The position numbers and the translations under genes are program-made. DNA of 64,000 nucleotides from the IMG/VR virus record IMGVR_UViG_3300044797_000098, positions 186,001 through 250,000 of that record; one strand, given 5' to 3'. A model generated the notes under the pieces. That model did no database searches. It was not told the DNA's origin and saw only the letters and a list, made by a program, of their open reading frames with translations. Shown here one piece after another: positions 1 through 9,763 of this stretch. The first letter of the stretch is position 1, and the number at the start of each line of letters is the position of its first letter.

Positions 1-692
1 TTTTTACCACGTATAGAATTAGAATTATTACTAATTATTTCTGGCTCTTCTTGTTGTCCAGTAACTATATCATTAGATTGTTGCATTGTTTCTTTTTTAA
101 TAGATTCAATAATTGGTTGTTTAGCAGTTTCTTTCTTGATTTCACCAGGTGGTTTATATTGAGCATATATTTGCTTGTGCAATAATTTCTCATCTCTATT
201 GAGAATAATACCTTTTAATTCATTTTCACTTAATTTATTTATATCGTCTTTATTTATTCTATAACGAAGATACAACATTTCATTTAAATAATCCATTTGA
301 GGTTGAAAAAAATCCATATCCTTTTGCTCAACACGAAGCGTTCTATCTAATGCAGAACTTAATATTCTACAATAACTTGTATGCCAGTCTGGATCTCCGA
401 GAAAATCTTCTTTGATGGAATCAACTGCTGTTTTTAATTTGAAAAAAGTTTTTATTTGTTCACCAGCATCTTTTGTGATGAACGGTGTGCTTCGCTGATA
501 GTATTGTAGATTTTGACGAGGATTATAGTCCGTTTCTTGATTTATTCTACGCGTATCGAATGCAACTTTTGTTAATGGTTGCGATAGATTTTTTAGAGAA
601 TTAACTCGTAATTCCTGTCCATCAACACGATCTTCAATCGAAGAATGCACCTGTTTTACATTATTTAGAATTAACTTAAATATGTTGTTCAT
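1..692 (-). CDS. Hypothetical protein, 3' end runs off the window (MNNIFKLILNNVKQVHSS...)
   Basis: Open frame read by hand from ATG at 692 to the window edge; not in the ORF track; AATA-N6-CATA motif at 701-714 upstream; contains TKVAFD. Confidence 0.75.
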   Translation of the reverse strand, partial: MNNIFKLILNNVKQVHSSIEDRVDGQELRVNSLKNLSQPLTKVAFDTRRINQETDYNPRQNLQYYQRSTPFITKDAGEQIKTFFKLKTAVDSIKEDFLGDPDWHTSYCRILSSALDRTLRVEQKDMDFFQPQMDYLNEMLYLRYRINKDDINKLSENELKGIILNRDEKLLHKQIYAQYKPPGEIKKETAKQPIIESIKKETMQQSNDIVTGQQEEPEIISNNSNSIRGK

Positions 693-722
693 TATATGTA
701 TATGTGAGATTATTGGCGGTGG

Positions 723-1778
723 TTAGAATTTTAGTGATGAAGTTTTAGGTAAATTAGATTTACGATACCCTTGTGTTCCCGCCTGTGTTTTTTCGTCTAT
801 AATACGCATCTTTTCACTGAAACGAAGATATGCATCATATTTACGTTGGAGATATATTGTGGCACCTGAATATACCCAATGTAAAAATAACCATTGATTT
901 CGATTACCGGAATAATATAGTTCGTAGGTATTTTTGTCATTTGACTTATCTACTTTGTATATGCTACAATCTATATTAGCAATTGTTTTCATACCCTCTA
1001 AAAATTGAAGCGTTGATACTATTTTACAACCAGATACCATCTCTGTTTCTCTATTTATTGTACCGTCGCCATCAAAATACCCACGAATAAAATGACGATG
1101 TAAATTTTCTGGCATCCATTTAGGATATTCCAATATGAATGTTTTGCGTGATACACACCCCAATTTTTGCATTTGTTGACATATATGCTTACTGTTTATA
1201 CTTAATGTTGCCTCTATTCCTTTCCCTTCGTGCTCTCTATTCGATAGTCTTACTTGTGATTTTGCATCATTTTCGTCTTTATAGATAAGTTTGGAAAACA
1301 CGTGAAGTATTTCTTCATCTATGACATCTAATGATATTACTGTTGACCAATGGTGTGCCATCTGATTACAGCCGTCAGCATATAGGAAGCCAAGAAAATA
1401 CGCCTTCTCTTCAGTATCTATATTGTCGAAAAAATCCTCGTTGATTGGATATTTTCGGTGTGCTTCTTCGGCACTACGTGTTGGAACGTTATACTCTTCC
1501 ATATACATTAGAACGGCAGCAGCACTCAATCCATCTGGCTTACCAGCAGCTTCCAATGAAAGCCCTGTTTTATATCTTTCAATACACCTTTCTTTCATTT
1601 CCTTTGATGTGATTTTACGTGGTCGAATTGGAACGTTATGCTTCTTCAACATTTGAAGAATCGAATTGTCGCTAACCTGATGAATTTTAGCGAGTTTTGT
1701 CGTTGACCATTCTAATGTAGAATATTCGTGAATGATTTGGTTTTCTTTACCTGCCAGCTTGCCCTGATTTTTAGCCAT
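723..1778 (-). CDS. Free-standing double-motif LAGLIDADG homing endonuclease with N-terminal HTH repeats
   Basis: EKAYFLGFLYADGC and RHFIRGYFDGDG motifs; two HTH-like repeats at the N-terminus. Confidence 0.88.
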   Translation of the reverse strand: MAKNQGKLAGKENQIIHEYSTLEWSTTKLAKIHQVSDNSILQMLKKHNVPIRPRKITSKEMKERCIERYKTGLSLEAAGKPDGLSAAAVLMYMEEYNVPTRSAEEAHRKYPINEDFFDNIDTEEKAYFLGFLYADGCNQMAHHWSTVISLDVIDEEILHVFSKLIYKDENDAKSQVRLSNREHEGKGIEATLSINSKHICQQMQKLGCVSRKTFILEYPKWMPENLHRHFIRGYFDGDGTINRETEMVSGCKIVSTLQFLEGMKTIANIDCSIYKVDKSNDKNTYELYYSGNRNQWLFLHWVYSGATIYLQRKYDAYLRFSEKMRIIDEKTQAGTQGYRKSNLPKTSSLKF

Positions 1779-1800
1779 AGTGATCTCCGTTTCTCCTTAC

Positions 1801-1828
1801 AATATAGCCACTTGTGTGGGTTTGTCAA
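1801..1828 (-). promoter_or_regulatory. Sigma70-type promoter for the LAGLIDADG gene
   Basis: Minus strand TTGACA-16 nt-TATATT, followed by AAGGAG/GGAG and the ATG at 1778. Confidence 0.6.
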
Positions 1829-1871
1829 GCCCGTGTGGCAAGTAAATGACGTAATAGGCGTAGATCAACGA

Positions 1872-1911
1872 ACAAAAAGAAACGGCGTCGAGGTTTTATT
1901 TCGACGCCGTT
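1872..1911 (-). terminator. Rho-independent terminator after the major capsid gene
   Basis: 11-bp stem aacggcgtcga/tcgacgccgtt followed on the minus strand by TCTTTTTGTT. Confidence 0.85.
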
Positions 1912-1943
1912 AAGCTAACTGCTTGATTTATTGAAGGAAACTA

Positions 1944-2960
1944 TTAGGCTCCGACGATTACTGATTTATTACCTTTTGCAACGCCACGTGGATTCACTAT
2001 GCCAATTCCAATTATTTCATTGACTACCCAGCCCAATTTCAATTGTTTTGGTTCGTCAGCAGGAAGAACTTCGATATCCTGACGAATTGGCATGACCCCA
2101 ACGAACTCGGGATCGCTGCATCCATATACGGTTCCTGCTGGAACGATCTTAGACACGAGAATGTCTGCGCCCCAGATGTGTGCGTAGAGACCGGTTTGTA
2201 GAATTTCACGTTGTGTAACGGGGTCTACTTCGCCACCGCCAACACCTTGTCCACCGCCTGAACCCCAACCGAGAATATCATTAAACTCGTTGATGTTCAT
2301 GAAGAACTTGGTTGTTACTAAGTCCCAACGATCAACTTGAACTTTGATTTCACGAAGGTCACGTTTTAGAAGACCAGCATCGCTGATATCCATTACGGTG
2401 TTTTCTTCTGAAGCAGCTGCATCAATGGCTGCGAAAACGTTGCTGTCTTCTTGTGCCATGATTTCTTGGCGAGCCTTTTGGACGGCGCGGTCAATGACGT
2501 TGAATCTGCGTCGTTTAACTTCTGCGATACGAACAGTTGGATTCGAATACACTTCGAATTCTGGAACTGTTACGCGATCACCGAATACGCGTGATTCTGG
2601 GCCGGTTCCGTTTGAAGAGATTACTACTGCTGCAACATCGATATCGCGATCGTATGTTGGGAGAGCGCCTTGTGGAAGAGGATCAACCACTAGTGCACGA
2701 CGTGCAATTCCATGATAGTCCAAGTTCCTACGAATTGGATTTGCCATTGCTTGTGCAAGAGCTAGTTTACCTTCATTAGTTAAAATGGCCCTGGAAATAA
2801 GCTCATCTCGTTTATTGTCTGATACTGATGGTGAGGTTAGTCCTGTATTGGTTGGATAACCTGATTCCATGGTTTGCGCAAATTTTGCAATTAGTGCGAA
2901 TGCGTCTTTTACGTTAGAGGCGTTAATTTCGCCTTTTGAGTCGAACATTGAATTTGACAT
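1944..2960 (-). CDS. Major capsid protein (HK97 fold)
   Basis: 338 aa; LAQAMANPIRRNLDY, IARRALVVDPLPQGA, GLYAHIWGADILVSKIVPAGTVY, GWVVNEIIGIGIVNPRGV are typical of large-phage MCPs; downstream of protease/scaffold; flanked by terminators. Confidence 0.9.
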   Translation of the reverse strand: MSNSMFDSKGEINASNVKDAFALIAKFAQTMESGYPTNTGLTSPSVSDNKRDELISRAILTNEGKLALAQAMANPIRRNLDYHGIARRALVVDPLPQGALPTYDRDIDVAAVVISSNGTGPESRVFGDRVTVPEFEVYSNPTVRIAEVKRRRFNVIDRAVQKARQEIMAQEDSNVFAAIDAAASEENTVMDISDAGLLKRDLREIKVQVDRWDLVTTKFFMNINEFNDILGWGSGGGQGVGGGEVDPVTQREILQTGLYAHIWGADILVSKIVPAGTVYGCSDPEFVGVMPIRQDIEVLPADEPKQLKLGWVVNEIIGIGIVNPRGVAKGNKSVIVGA

Positions 2961-3026
2961 ATGAGATCTCCGTTTTTGGTTGAATTATTTGCCAGTTACC
3001 CAGCAGGAATTAAATTCCTTTGATCT

Positions 3027-3045
3027 TATGTCCTGATATTCCTAT
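3027..3045 (-). promoter_or_regulatory. Putative late-promoter motif (ATAGG-AATA-N6-CATA) upstream of MCP
   Basis: Lies between a terminator and the MCP start; near-identical element at 3932-3950 and similar ones before other genes. Confidence 0.5.
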
Positions 3046-3080
3046 GTATTAGATTTTTTTTAAAAAAATAATTTAAAAAC

Positions 3081-3110
3081 AAAAAGCTCAGTATTCCTAC
3101 TGAGCTTTTT
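3081..3110. terminator. Bidirectional-type intrinsic terminator between the decoration gene and MCP
   Basis: Perfect inverted repeat aaaaagctcagta-ttcc-tactgagcttttt. Confidence 0.85.
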
Positions 3111-3146
3111 GAAACTATCTAATAACTATTTCTAGTTACTTATTTA

Positions 3147-3854
3147 TTATGCACCAGCTTGTGCGCCTGCGAACCAGTACACAGCTTGTGTGAAACGTAG
3201 TTGTTGTAGGCTTGATACATCACCTGATGGGCTGTTTAGAGCTGCAACTAGTGATTGTGGTGTGGTTACGAGTGAACCGTTATTTTCGAATGATGAGAGA
3301 CGTGCAACGACTGGTGCACCAGCGAGAGCATTTGCGCTACCGACTGGAGTTAGAAGACCAGTTGCTGTATAGGTTAGACCTGTACCGACTGTTAGTGTGG
3401 TGTTTGTTGGAACTAGACCGGTTGCAGCTGTATCAACTGCATCTAGAGTTGTTCCGTATAAACCTTGTTTGTCCCATACTGTTACTTTACCTGAACCAGT
3501 TGCGGTGTGTGGACCGAGAACTGCTCCAGTATAAGAGTATGGACTATTCGATTGCTGACCAACCATACCACCGACTACTGCACCGAATAGTGTACCGTAA
3601 TGAGCGATACCTTCGTCGGATAGGAATAATGGTTTGCTTGATGATGTTAGGAGAGCGCGTGAGATACCTGGAACTGCTTTACCCATTGCTGTGACAACAT
3701 AGCCGTCGTCATCAACATCAGCTGCACCGGCTGCTGGGAATGCCATAGCTGCCCATGTGCATACTTCACCGCCGTTGAAGTTTAGAGTCTCACCAAAATA
3801 ACCGTCGAATTGACCTAGTGGATTTGCACCAGGATTATGTAGAATTAAAGCCAT
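3147..3854 (-). CDS. Probable capsid decoration/cement protein
   Basis: Small G/A/T-rich beta protein immediately upstream of MCP; SGKVTVW...GLLT motif shared with 9764..10456. Confidence 0.6.
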   Translation of the reverse strand: MALILHNPGANPLGQFDGYFGETLNFNGGEVCTWAAMAFPAAGAADVDDDGYVVTAMGKAVPGISRALLTSSSKPLFLSDEGIAHYGTLFGAVVGGMVGQQSNSPYSYTGAVLGPHTATGSGKVTVWDKQGLYGTTLDAVDTAATGLVPTNTTLTVGTGLTYTATGLLTPVGSANALAGAPVVARLSSFENNGSLVTTPQSLVAALNSPSGDVSSLQQLRFTQAVYWFAGAQAGA

Positions 3855-3961
3855 TTTATTATCCTTTTATTTTGCTATTCAATATTGAATAACGAGTCTT
3901 TCATCTTGATCTTACAAAAGTTCTTAATTTATATACCTAAATATTCCTATATAATTAAATT

Positions 3962-5278
3962 TTATGTTAGACTTGCTAAAAATCTTTTTTCTTCTTCACT
4001 TGGCTCATGCCCAAGCTCTTTAGCAATATTAGACCAATCTACATTATCACTTGGTGTATTCTGATTAGATACCGGTTTAACTTGTGTTCCTTGCTGAGAT
4101 TGCGCTACTTCATTTGCTGTTGATTTAACATCACCATGAAGTGTTTTTTCGAACTTATCAATAGCAGACAATAATGAAACCAGTGATTGTTGTATATCTT
4201 CAACATCCGTATTCATCATATTATATAATGGATCTAATACTTTACTGTGGCTATCTGCCTCATTGAAAATACCAAGTTTTACATCTTGATTAAATTTTTG
4301 TGCATATTCTTTTACTGTATTATTGGCTTCAACTAATGATGCTGCTATCTTTTTTGATCTATCAGCATCTTCTACGTTGCTTGGATTAGTTTGTAATGAT
4401 GTTATTAACTCATTATATTGTTCAGAAAAATATGCTGTTGATTTTAATATTTGATTAAATGTTGTTAGAAACGTTCTTTCTTTATTATCTGCTGGCAGTT
4501 TATTTATTAGATCATTCATTTGATCCATTGCGTCTTTTGCGTTAGCAGATATACTAACTACGTGCGGTGCTGTTTTAGCAAGTGATGCTATTAATGCTGT
4601 TGCTCCACCACCAAGAAAACCACCTGCTTTCATACCAGCCCAAGCACCGGGTAGACCACCGAATAGCCCTCCTAAAATACCACCAATAGCAGAACCAATA
4701 AGCGCGTTTTCGCCAGCGCCTGTTCCAACGCCCAGCCACTCTTTACCTTTTTCTACGAGGTCATCATACCACTCTTTAGCGTTTTTTTTTAATGCTAATT
4801 TTTCTATGCACGCGTCTGCAAGCACACGTATATCTTCATTACCTGCATTATCCATATCATTTGCAACACGAACTAATTGCATTAGCAATTCTTTTTCAGC
4901 ATACCGATGCATTGACGTAATACTATCATTTTGTTTCAGCGCAATATCACACATAATATTATTGCGTTCAATATTATTTTCTACGAGAGCATTTAATCTA
5001 TCGTATGCTGGCGCAATAACAACTGGGGTTTTGTGCGCTGCTTCCATAATATTATTTTCATAATCAATGGAATTATCTGGTTTAACGCCATATAATGCCT
5101 GTATGACTTCGATAGTGTCTGAACCCATTCTTGGATATGGGCTCTTCTTATATCGTTTCATTTTTGCAGATTCTTTTGGTTTATCTGGCTGAGTTTTTAC
5201 CTCTTCTTCTGAAAGAGAGATCAGCCCCTTTTCTTCTGCAATTTTAGCATAGTCATTAAAAATATCACTATTTCGCAT
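3962..5278 (-). CDS. Putative internal head/ejection protein with glycine-zipper hydrophobic segment
   Basis: 438 aa; GSAIGGILGGLFGGLPGAWAGMKAGGFLGGG glycine zipper; carries the ANDMDNAG motif. Confidence 0.55.
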   Translation of the reverse strand: MRNSDIFNDYAKIAEEKGLISLSEEEVKTQPDKPKESAKMKRYKKSPYPRMGSDTIEVIQALYGVKPDNSIDYENNIMEAAHKTPVVIAPAYDRLNALVENNIERNNIMCDIALKQNDSITSMHRYAEKELLMQLVRVANDMDNAGNEDIRVLADACIEKLALKKNAKEWYDDLVEKGKEWLGVGTGAGENALIGSAIGGILGGLFGGLPGAWAGMKAGGFLGGGATALIASLAKTAPHVVSISANAKDAMDQMNDLINKLPADNKERTFLTTFNQILKSTAYFSEQYNELITSLQTNPSNVEDADRSKKIAASLVEANNTVKEYAQKFNQDVKLGIFNEADSHSKVLDPLYNMMNTDVEDIQQSLVSLLSAIDKFEKTLHGDVKSTANEVAQSQQGTQVKPVSNQNTPSDNVDWSNIAKELGHEPSEEEKRFLASLT

Positions 5279-5311
5279 CGTTAGTTCCTAATATATATTG
5301 TTAATTATGCG

Positions 5312-6361
5312 CTATATATTCATTCCTCGTGGTTTATTTTGATCTGTTGAGCTTGCCGGGATACTATGATATTGAGATGAAAATCCGCGAATAAATGGCC
5401 CAACTATCGCAGAAACTATATCAATTTTTCTTTGATATGGTCTTGGAACGGATATCATATTTAATCCGCCAGCAAGTTTATTTCTGTCTTTAAATTTTTG
5501 AACCATTGAATCAAAACCAGATGAGTTTTTCAACTGAGATTCATATTGTTCTAATTGAGGATATGCTGAAAAAACCCATTCTAATAAAATAGAATCTACA
5601 TTCTCTATTTCACCATGTTCAATCCATATTGATGACATATTATTTCTATGAAGTGAAAAAAGATCCTGCGGGGCATCTGGTGATATTTTTATTAATTTAC
5701 CAATTCCTTGCGCTTGCTCTGTTGATTCTTCTGATTTTTTTGAGTCTTTATCTGAAAGAACTTTACCTAATTCTGAAAGACCAATCATACCAAGAACTGT
5801 TACTATTAGCCATCCAACAATTTTAATTAAAACTCCTGCTAATTTGCTTTTCATATCAGCAGTTTTAATTAAATTTTTATTATTAACTGTATTTAATGAT
5901 TGTAAAATACCTTGTTGATTCATTTCATTTAATTTTTCTTTATCAACATCTCCTGAAAAACTTGACGATACTGCATTTGAAACCATTTCACTTACTTTTG
6001 AGTGTGTTGTATTGGCGTCTGCTGGTTTTCTTGAAGATATTATTTCCTTTACAAAATCAGTAATACTTGCGCCAAGAGAGCTCCAAAAGGCTTTCCAATC
6101 AAAACCAAGAGCACCAGCGAGCGTATATAAAATTGCAAGTTTTTTGGATTTTAGACTCCATAAAAGACTATTGGTAAAAAGGGAAGCTATACTGGATATC
6201 GGACGATTTTTATCAAAAACCGAAGATATATAAGATTTTAATCCACTAAGAATTGTAGAACCGATAGAATTATCCTGAGCAATAGCTATTTTCATATAAT
6301 CTTCTCTTAGAAAAGATTCTACAAAAATTGTATCAGCTATGTATTGCAATTCTGGACGCAT
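5312..6361 (-). CDS. Hypothetical virion-region protein with predicted transmembrane segment
   Basis: 349 aa; hydrophobic LAGVLIKIVGWLIVTVLGMIGL. Confidence 0.6.
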   Translation of the reverse strand: MRPELQYIADTIFVESFLREDYMKIAIAQDNSIGSTILSGLKSYISSVFDKNRPISSIASLFTNSLLWSLKSKKLAILYTLAGALGFDWKAFWSSLGASITDFVKEIISSRKPADANTTHSKVSEMVSNAVSSSFSGDVDKEKLNEMNQQGILQSLNTVNNKNLIKTADMKSKLAGVLIKIVGWLIVTVLGMIGLSELGKVLSDKDSKKSEESTEQAQGIGKLIKISPDAPQDLFSLHRNNMSSIWIEHGEIENVDSILLEWVFSAYPQLEQYESQLKNSSGFDSMVQKFKDRNKLAGGLNMISVPRPYQRKIDIVSAIVGPFIRGFSSQYHSIPASSTDQNKPRGMNI

Positions 6362-7497
6362 TATCTTCTCGCATTATTTGTGAGGACGGTATCTATTCGT
6401 GATGTCATATGCTGAGCCCAACTAACCGTTTCTTGTGCTCTTGATGCTTGATTTGATATATTACCAACACCCCGAAACATTTCAACATATACCGGACTTG
6501 CTAATAATGTTTTTAATAAATTACCAACACCTTGAAGCAGTGGTATTAAATTATTTAACATTGCTCGGGCTTTGGTAAAATCTTTATTAGCATATGTATT
6601 CACGAATGCATCTATATCTGTATTTACATTTAATTCAAAACCACCTTCTCTTGCTTCTGGTGTTGCAACCGCGTTCCAACCATTGATAGCATTTGATATC
6701 TGTTGCACCTGAGAATATATTATACCCCATTTATTTTGTGCTATTGCTGTTTTAAAAGTAAAAGATATTTGTCTATTGAAGTCATTTATATCACCAATAC
6801 TTAATTGATTAGTATCGACATCGAATGGTAAATTAATACTGTCAGTGCCAGTATTTTGTTTTAATACTTCTTTTGTTTGATATACTGCTTTTTGTATCGC
6901 AGAACCTTGATTTTGTTGAGTTTGATCTTGTTGATCGATTTGCTGGCCTTGTTGTGCTTGTTGATTTTCTTTTGTTTCATCTGCTGGCTTTGCAGTTTCT
7001 TCTGCTATTCCGGCTTGCAATTTATTATTAGCATCAGATATTAATCCATTAACGTGTTGTATAAATAAATTATTACCGCTATCTTTTGCTTGATTTTGTA
7101 AATCTTTTAGAAAGGCAATTAATCCATCTTTCCATACATATGTTGGTGGAGCATCATTACTGAACTCTATATACGGTATTGTTTTATTTAATTGAAACTT
7201 ATCACTCATCACAATCGGATGGCCATTATAGCTAACTTTGTTATCCAACATCCACATCGTCAACTCATTTAAATTTTGTGCATTTCTTGAAAACAACTGA
7301 GCGTTATTTGGAACCTCTATTGGTGAATAGCTTGTTTTTATATTATTTAATAGTTTTAATGCAACATCTTGCATCTGTGCTGGAGAAAAAGCTTGTTGCT
7401 GTGGAGCTTGCTGTGCAACCTTAGGTTCCAACAATTTGGAAAACTCTTTTAATATTTGTTCATCATATAAAAAACTCATATTAATATCCGGGCTCAT
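6361..7497 (-). CDS. Hypothetical virion-region protein (Gln-rich linker); start possibly ATG at 7479
   Basis: 378-aa ORF abutting neighbours. Confidence 0.7.
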   Translation of the reverse strand: MSPDINMSFLYDEQILKEFSKLLEPKVAQQAPQQQAFSPAQMQDVALKLLNNIKTSYSPIEVPNNAQLFSRNAQNLNELTMWMLDNKVSYNGHPIVMSDKFQLNKTIPYIEFSNDAPPTYVWKDGLIAFLKDLQNQAKDSGNNLFIQHVNGLISDANNKLQAGIAEETAKPADETKENQQAQQGQQIDQQDQTQQNQGSAIQKAVYQTKEVLKQNTGTDSINLPFDVDTNQLSIGDINDFNRQISFTFKTAIAQNKWGIIYSQVQQISNAINGWNAVATPEAREGGFELNVNTDIDAFVNTYANKDFTKARAMLNNLIPLLQGVGNLLKTLLASPVYVEMFRGVGNISNQASRAQETVSWAQHMTSRIDTVLTNNARR

Positions 7498-8578
7498 TTG
7501 TTGCTGGTGTTTTAGTATTTACTGTTTTAATTTTATTTTCAATTGTTTCAATAATTTTATTCATTGATTCTTTATCTGATGGTTTTTTATGATCAACCAT
7601 TATACCTGATTTATTTACGAACTCTTTAAAATCTTGCGGAGTTGCAAGATTGCCTAACAATAATGGCACCGTTCCTTGTTCGGGATGCATTGGATCTCGT
7701 GGGACTTGTATATTTAAAACCGGAACTTGTGATTGTGAAACATTATATCCAACAAGAGATCTCGAATCTACCGGTTTTTTATTAAAAGTTGTTTCGAACG
7801 GTTTCTGTTGATTTATATATGGCGCAAGCTTACTGTTTTCACCAACCGTAGCATTCACAAAACTTCCAAGTAACATTTTTACTTTTGCTATATTTTTTGT
7901 TATTGCTGTTGCGGAAGCGTCTGCATCTTGTATTTTTTTGGGGTCTTCTGGTATATTTTCTTTTAATTCTTCTAAGTCTTTATTTGTATATACATCTTGT
8001 CTTACATTTAAATTAGATAGCACACCAAGCATTGCTTGTGTTATAGCATATAGATTTTTTAACGCATTATTTGTATATGGACCCCAAGCACCATCTGGTT
8101 TATTTAAACCTTTGCCGAATGTTTTTAGTGATTCTAATAATTTTATTAGATCAAAAGACTTGCCTTCTTTGGCATCCTGAACTGACATGTCTGGTGTGCC
8201 AACCATATCTGCTTTATTCACATGTCTATTCATCATTGTTGTTAGGAATGAATCACTGCCGTGCTCGAAGCTTTCGGTGTATTCAGCGCCTTTTTGACCT
8301 TTATCTTCTTCTCTATAATTTGGTTTCTTGTTGAACATTGGATAGTTCTTGAAAGCACCATATAGAGATTGTAGAGCCGTTTGCATTTGTTGAATGGCTG
8401 TGGAACGAGGATATTGTGATGGAGCACTGGCTCGTGGTGCAGTTGGTGTTTTATTGACTGGTGTTTCCATTCCAGGATCGCCAGTATATTCGACTGGCTG
8501 TGCTGATGGATCTTCAGTAGGTTTGGTAACATCAACACCAGGTGGTGGTGAAAATCTATCTGATTTTTTGTGTATCAT
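7481..8578 (-). CDS. Hypothetical protein with degenerate peptidoglycan-binding-like motifs
   Basis: AIQQMQTALQSL and PDGAWGPYTNNAL resemble PG_binding_1 helices and the DGxxGPxT motif. Confidence 0.55.
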   Translation of the reverse strand: MIHKKSDRFSPPPGVDVTKPTEDPSAQPVEYTGDPGMETPVNKTPTAPRASAPSQYPRSTAIQQMQTALQSLYGAFKNYPMFNKKPNYREEDKGQKGAEYTESFEHGSDSFLTTMMNRHVNKADMVGTPDMSVQDAKEGKSFDLIKLLESLKTFGKGLNKPDGAWGPYTNNALKNLYAITQAMLGVLSNLNVRQDVYTNKDLEELKENIPEDPKKIQDADASATAITKNIAKVKMLLGSFVNATVGENSKLAPYINQQKPFETTFNKKPVDSRSLVGYNVSQSQVPVLNIQVPRDPMHPEQGTVPLLLGNLATPQDFKEFVNKSGIMVDHKKPSDKESMNKIIETIENKIKTVNTKTPATNEPGY

Positions 8579-8581
8579 AAT

Positions 8582-9703
8582 TTATATGTTCCATTTTTTC
8601 TGGGCAGCATCTAAATAACTATTAAGTTGATTTAATTCATTTGTATATGCTTTAGTAATTTTTTCATCGTCTTTGTTTTCATTAGCACTAAACTCTTTAA
8701 ATACTTCATCTAATTTTCCGTTAGTCTCATTTAACCATCTTATGATTTCATTTGCATTAACTGGTTTTGTTGCCTTAGTTCGATTGATTAAGAGCTGAAC
8801 TCGTTTCATGGCTTTACTAAAACTATTTGCTAATTGAGATGATTGATTATTTTCATTTTTTTTATTAGCAAGATTAGGATCATATTGTTGTCTTGTGTTT
8901 AATGTTTTCGCATTGGTTTCAGCGGAACGTATCTGATTAACTACATCTTTGTAATCATTTGCATATCTGTATGCAATTTCGAACATTGGTAATATTTCAT
9001 TTTTCCAAGTTGTGTGCTCTTCACTATTTGAAAAAAAACCTGGTTCCTTATCACTTTTCAATCCATCCAATGCTTGATTCAGGAAGTTTTCGATATTTTG
9101 TATATTATACACATTTTTTTTATTCAATGTATTTTGAATCATATTAAAAAAATTTAAATTATGATCGGAATCTTCTCCAAGTTTTAATGCCATAGCACTA
9201 TATAACTTCATAACTTCTTTTAAATCGCCTTGTGCTTTATTATATAATACATCAGTATCTTCCTGAGACATTCCTTGACCAAGCGCAATTTTGCATTGTT
9301 TAACATATGAGGCTAATTTTCCAGTTGGTTGTTTATTTACAACATCAACAATTTTTTTATGTTTAGACACAATTGTTTCAACATCACCATTATTATCTGA
9401 TACATCGGAAACTATTTTATTATCACCGTCTGGATGAGCCTGATCTACTAAATCTTCGCCTGTTTCTTTATGTGCCTGATAGAGATGAACACCCGCTGCT
9501 TTGTAATTAACGAACTTGTTTTCTATCGATTCTGCATATTTATTATACCCTTCTGCACGAAGTTTATTGCAGAGCTTCAATAATGTTGCTGTAAGCGATG
9601 TATTTTCTGCTTGTGTAAAAATAGGTTTAGACTGTTCAGTTTCTTTATTTTGAAGATCTGCAATAGTCTCTAAATGTTTTATATCTTCTAATGTATATAC
9701 CAT
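8582..9703 (-). CDS. Putative internal head protein
   Basis: 373 aa; LCNKLRAEGYNKYA motif; DLVDQAHP...VETIVSKH resembles NIMEAAHK...VENNIERN in 3962..5278. Confidence 0.6.
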   Translation of the reverse strand: MVYTLEDIKHLETIADLQNKETEQSKPIFTQAENTSLTATLLKLCNKLRAEGYNKYAESIENKFVNYKAAGVHLYQAHKETGEDLVDQAHPDGDNKIVSDVSDNNGDVETIVSKHKKIVDVVNKQPTGKLASYVKQCKIALGQGMSQEDTDVLYNKAQGDLKEVMKLYSAMALKLGEDSDHNLNFFNMIQNTLNKKNVYNIQNIENFLNQALDGLKSDKEPGFFSNSEEHTTWKNEILPMFEIAYRYANDYKDVVNQIRSAETNAKTLNTRQQYDPNLANKKNENNQSSQLANSFSKAMKRVQLLINRTKATKPVNANEIIRWLNETNGKLDEVFKEFSANENKDDEKITKAYTNELNQLNSYLDAAQKKWNI

Positions 9704-9763
9704 TTACGCTCCGAGTATGTGGGCTAATTATATGGGAAAATAATGGCATATATCAATTATATA

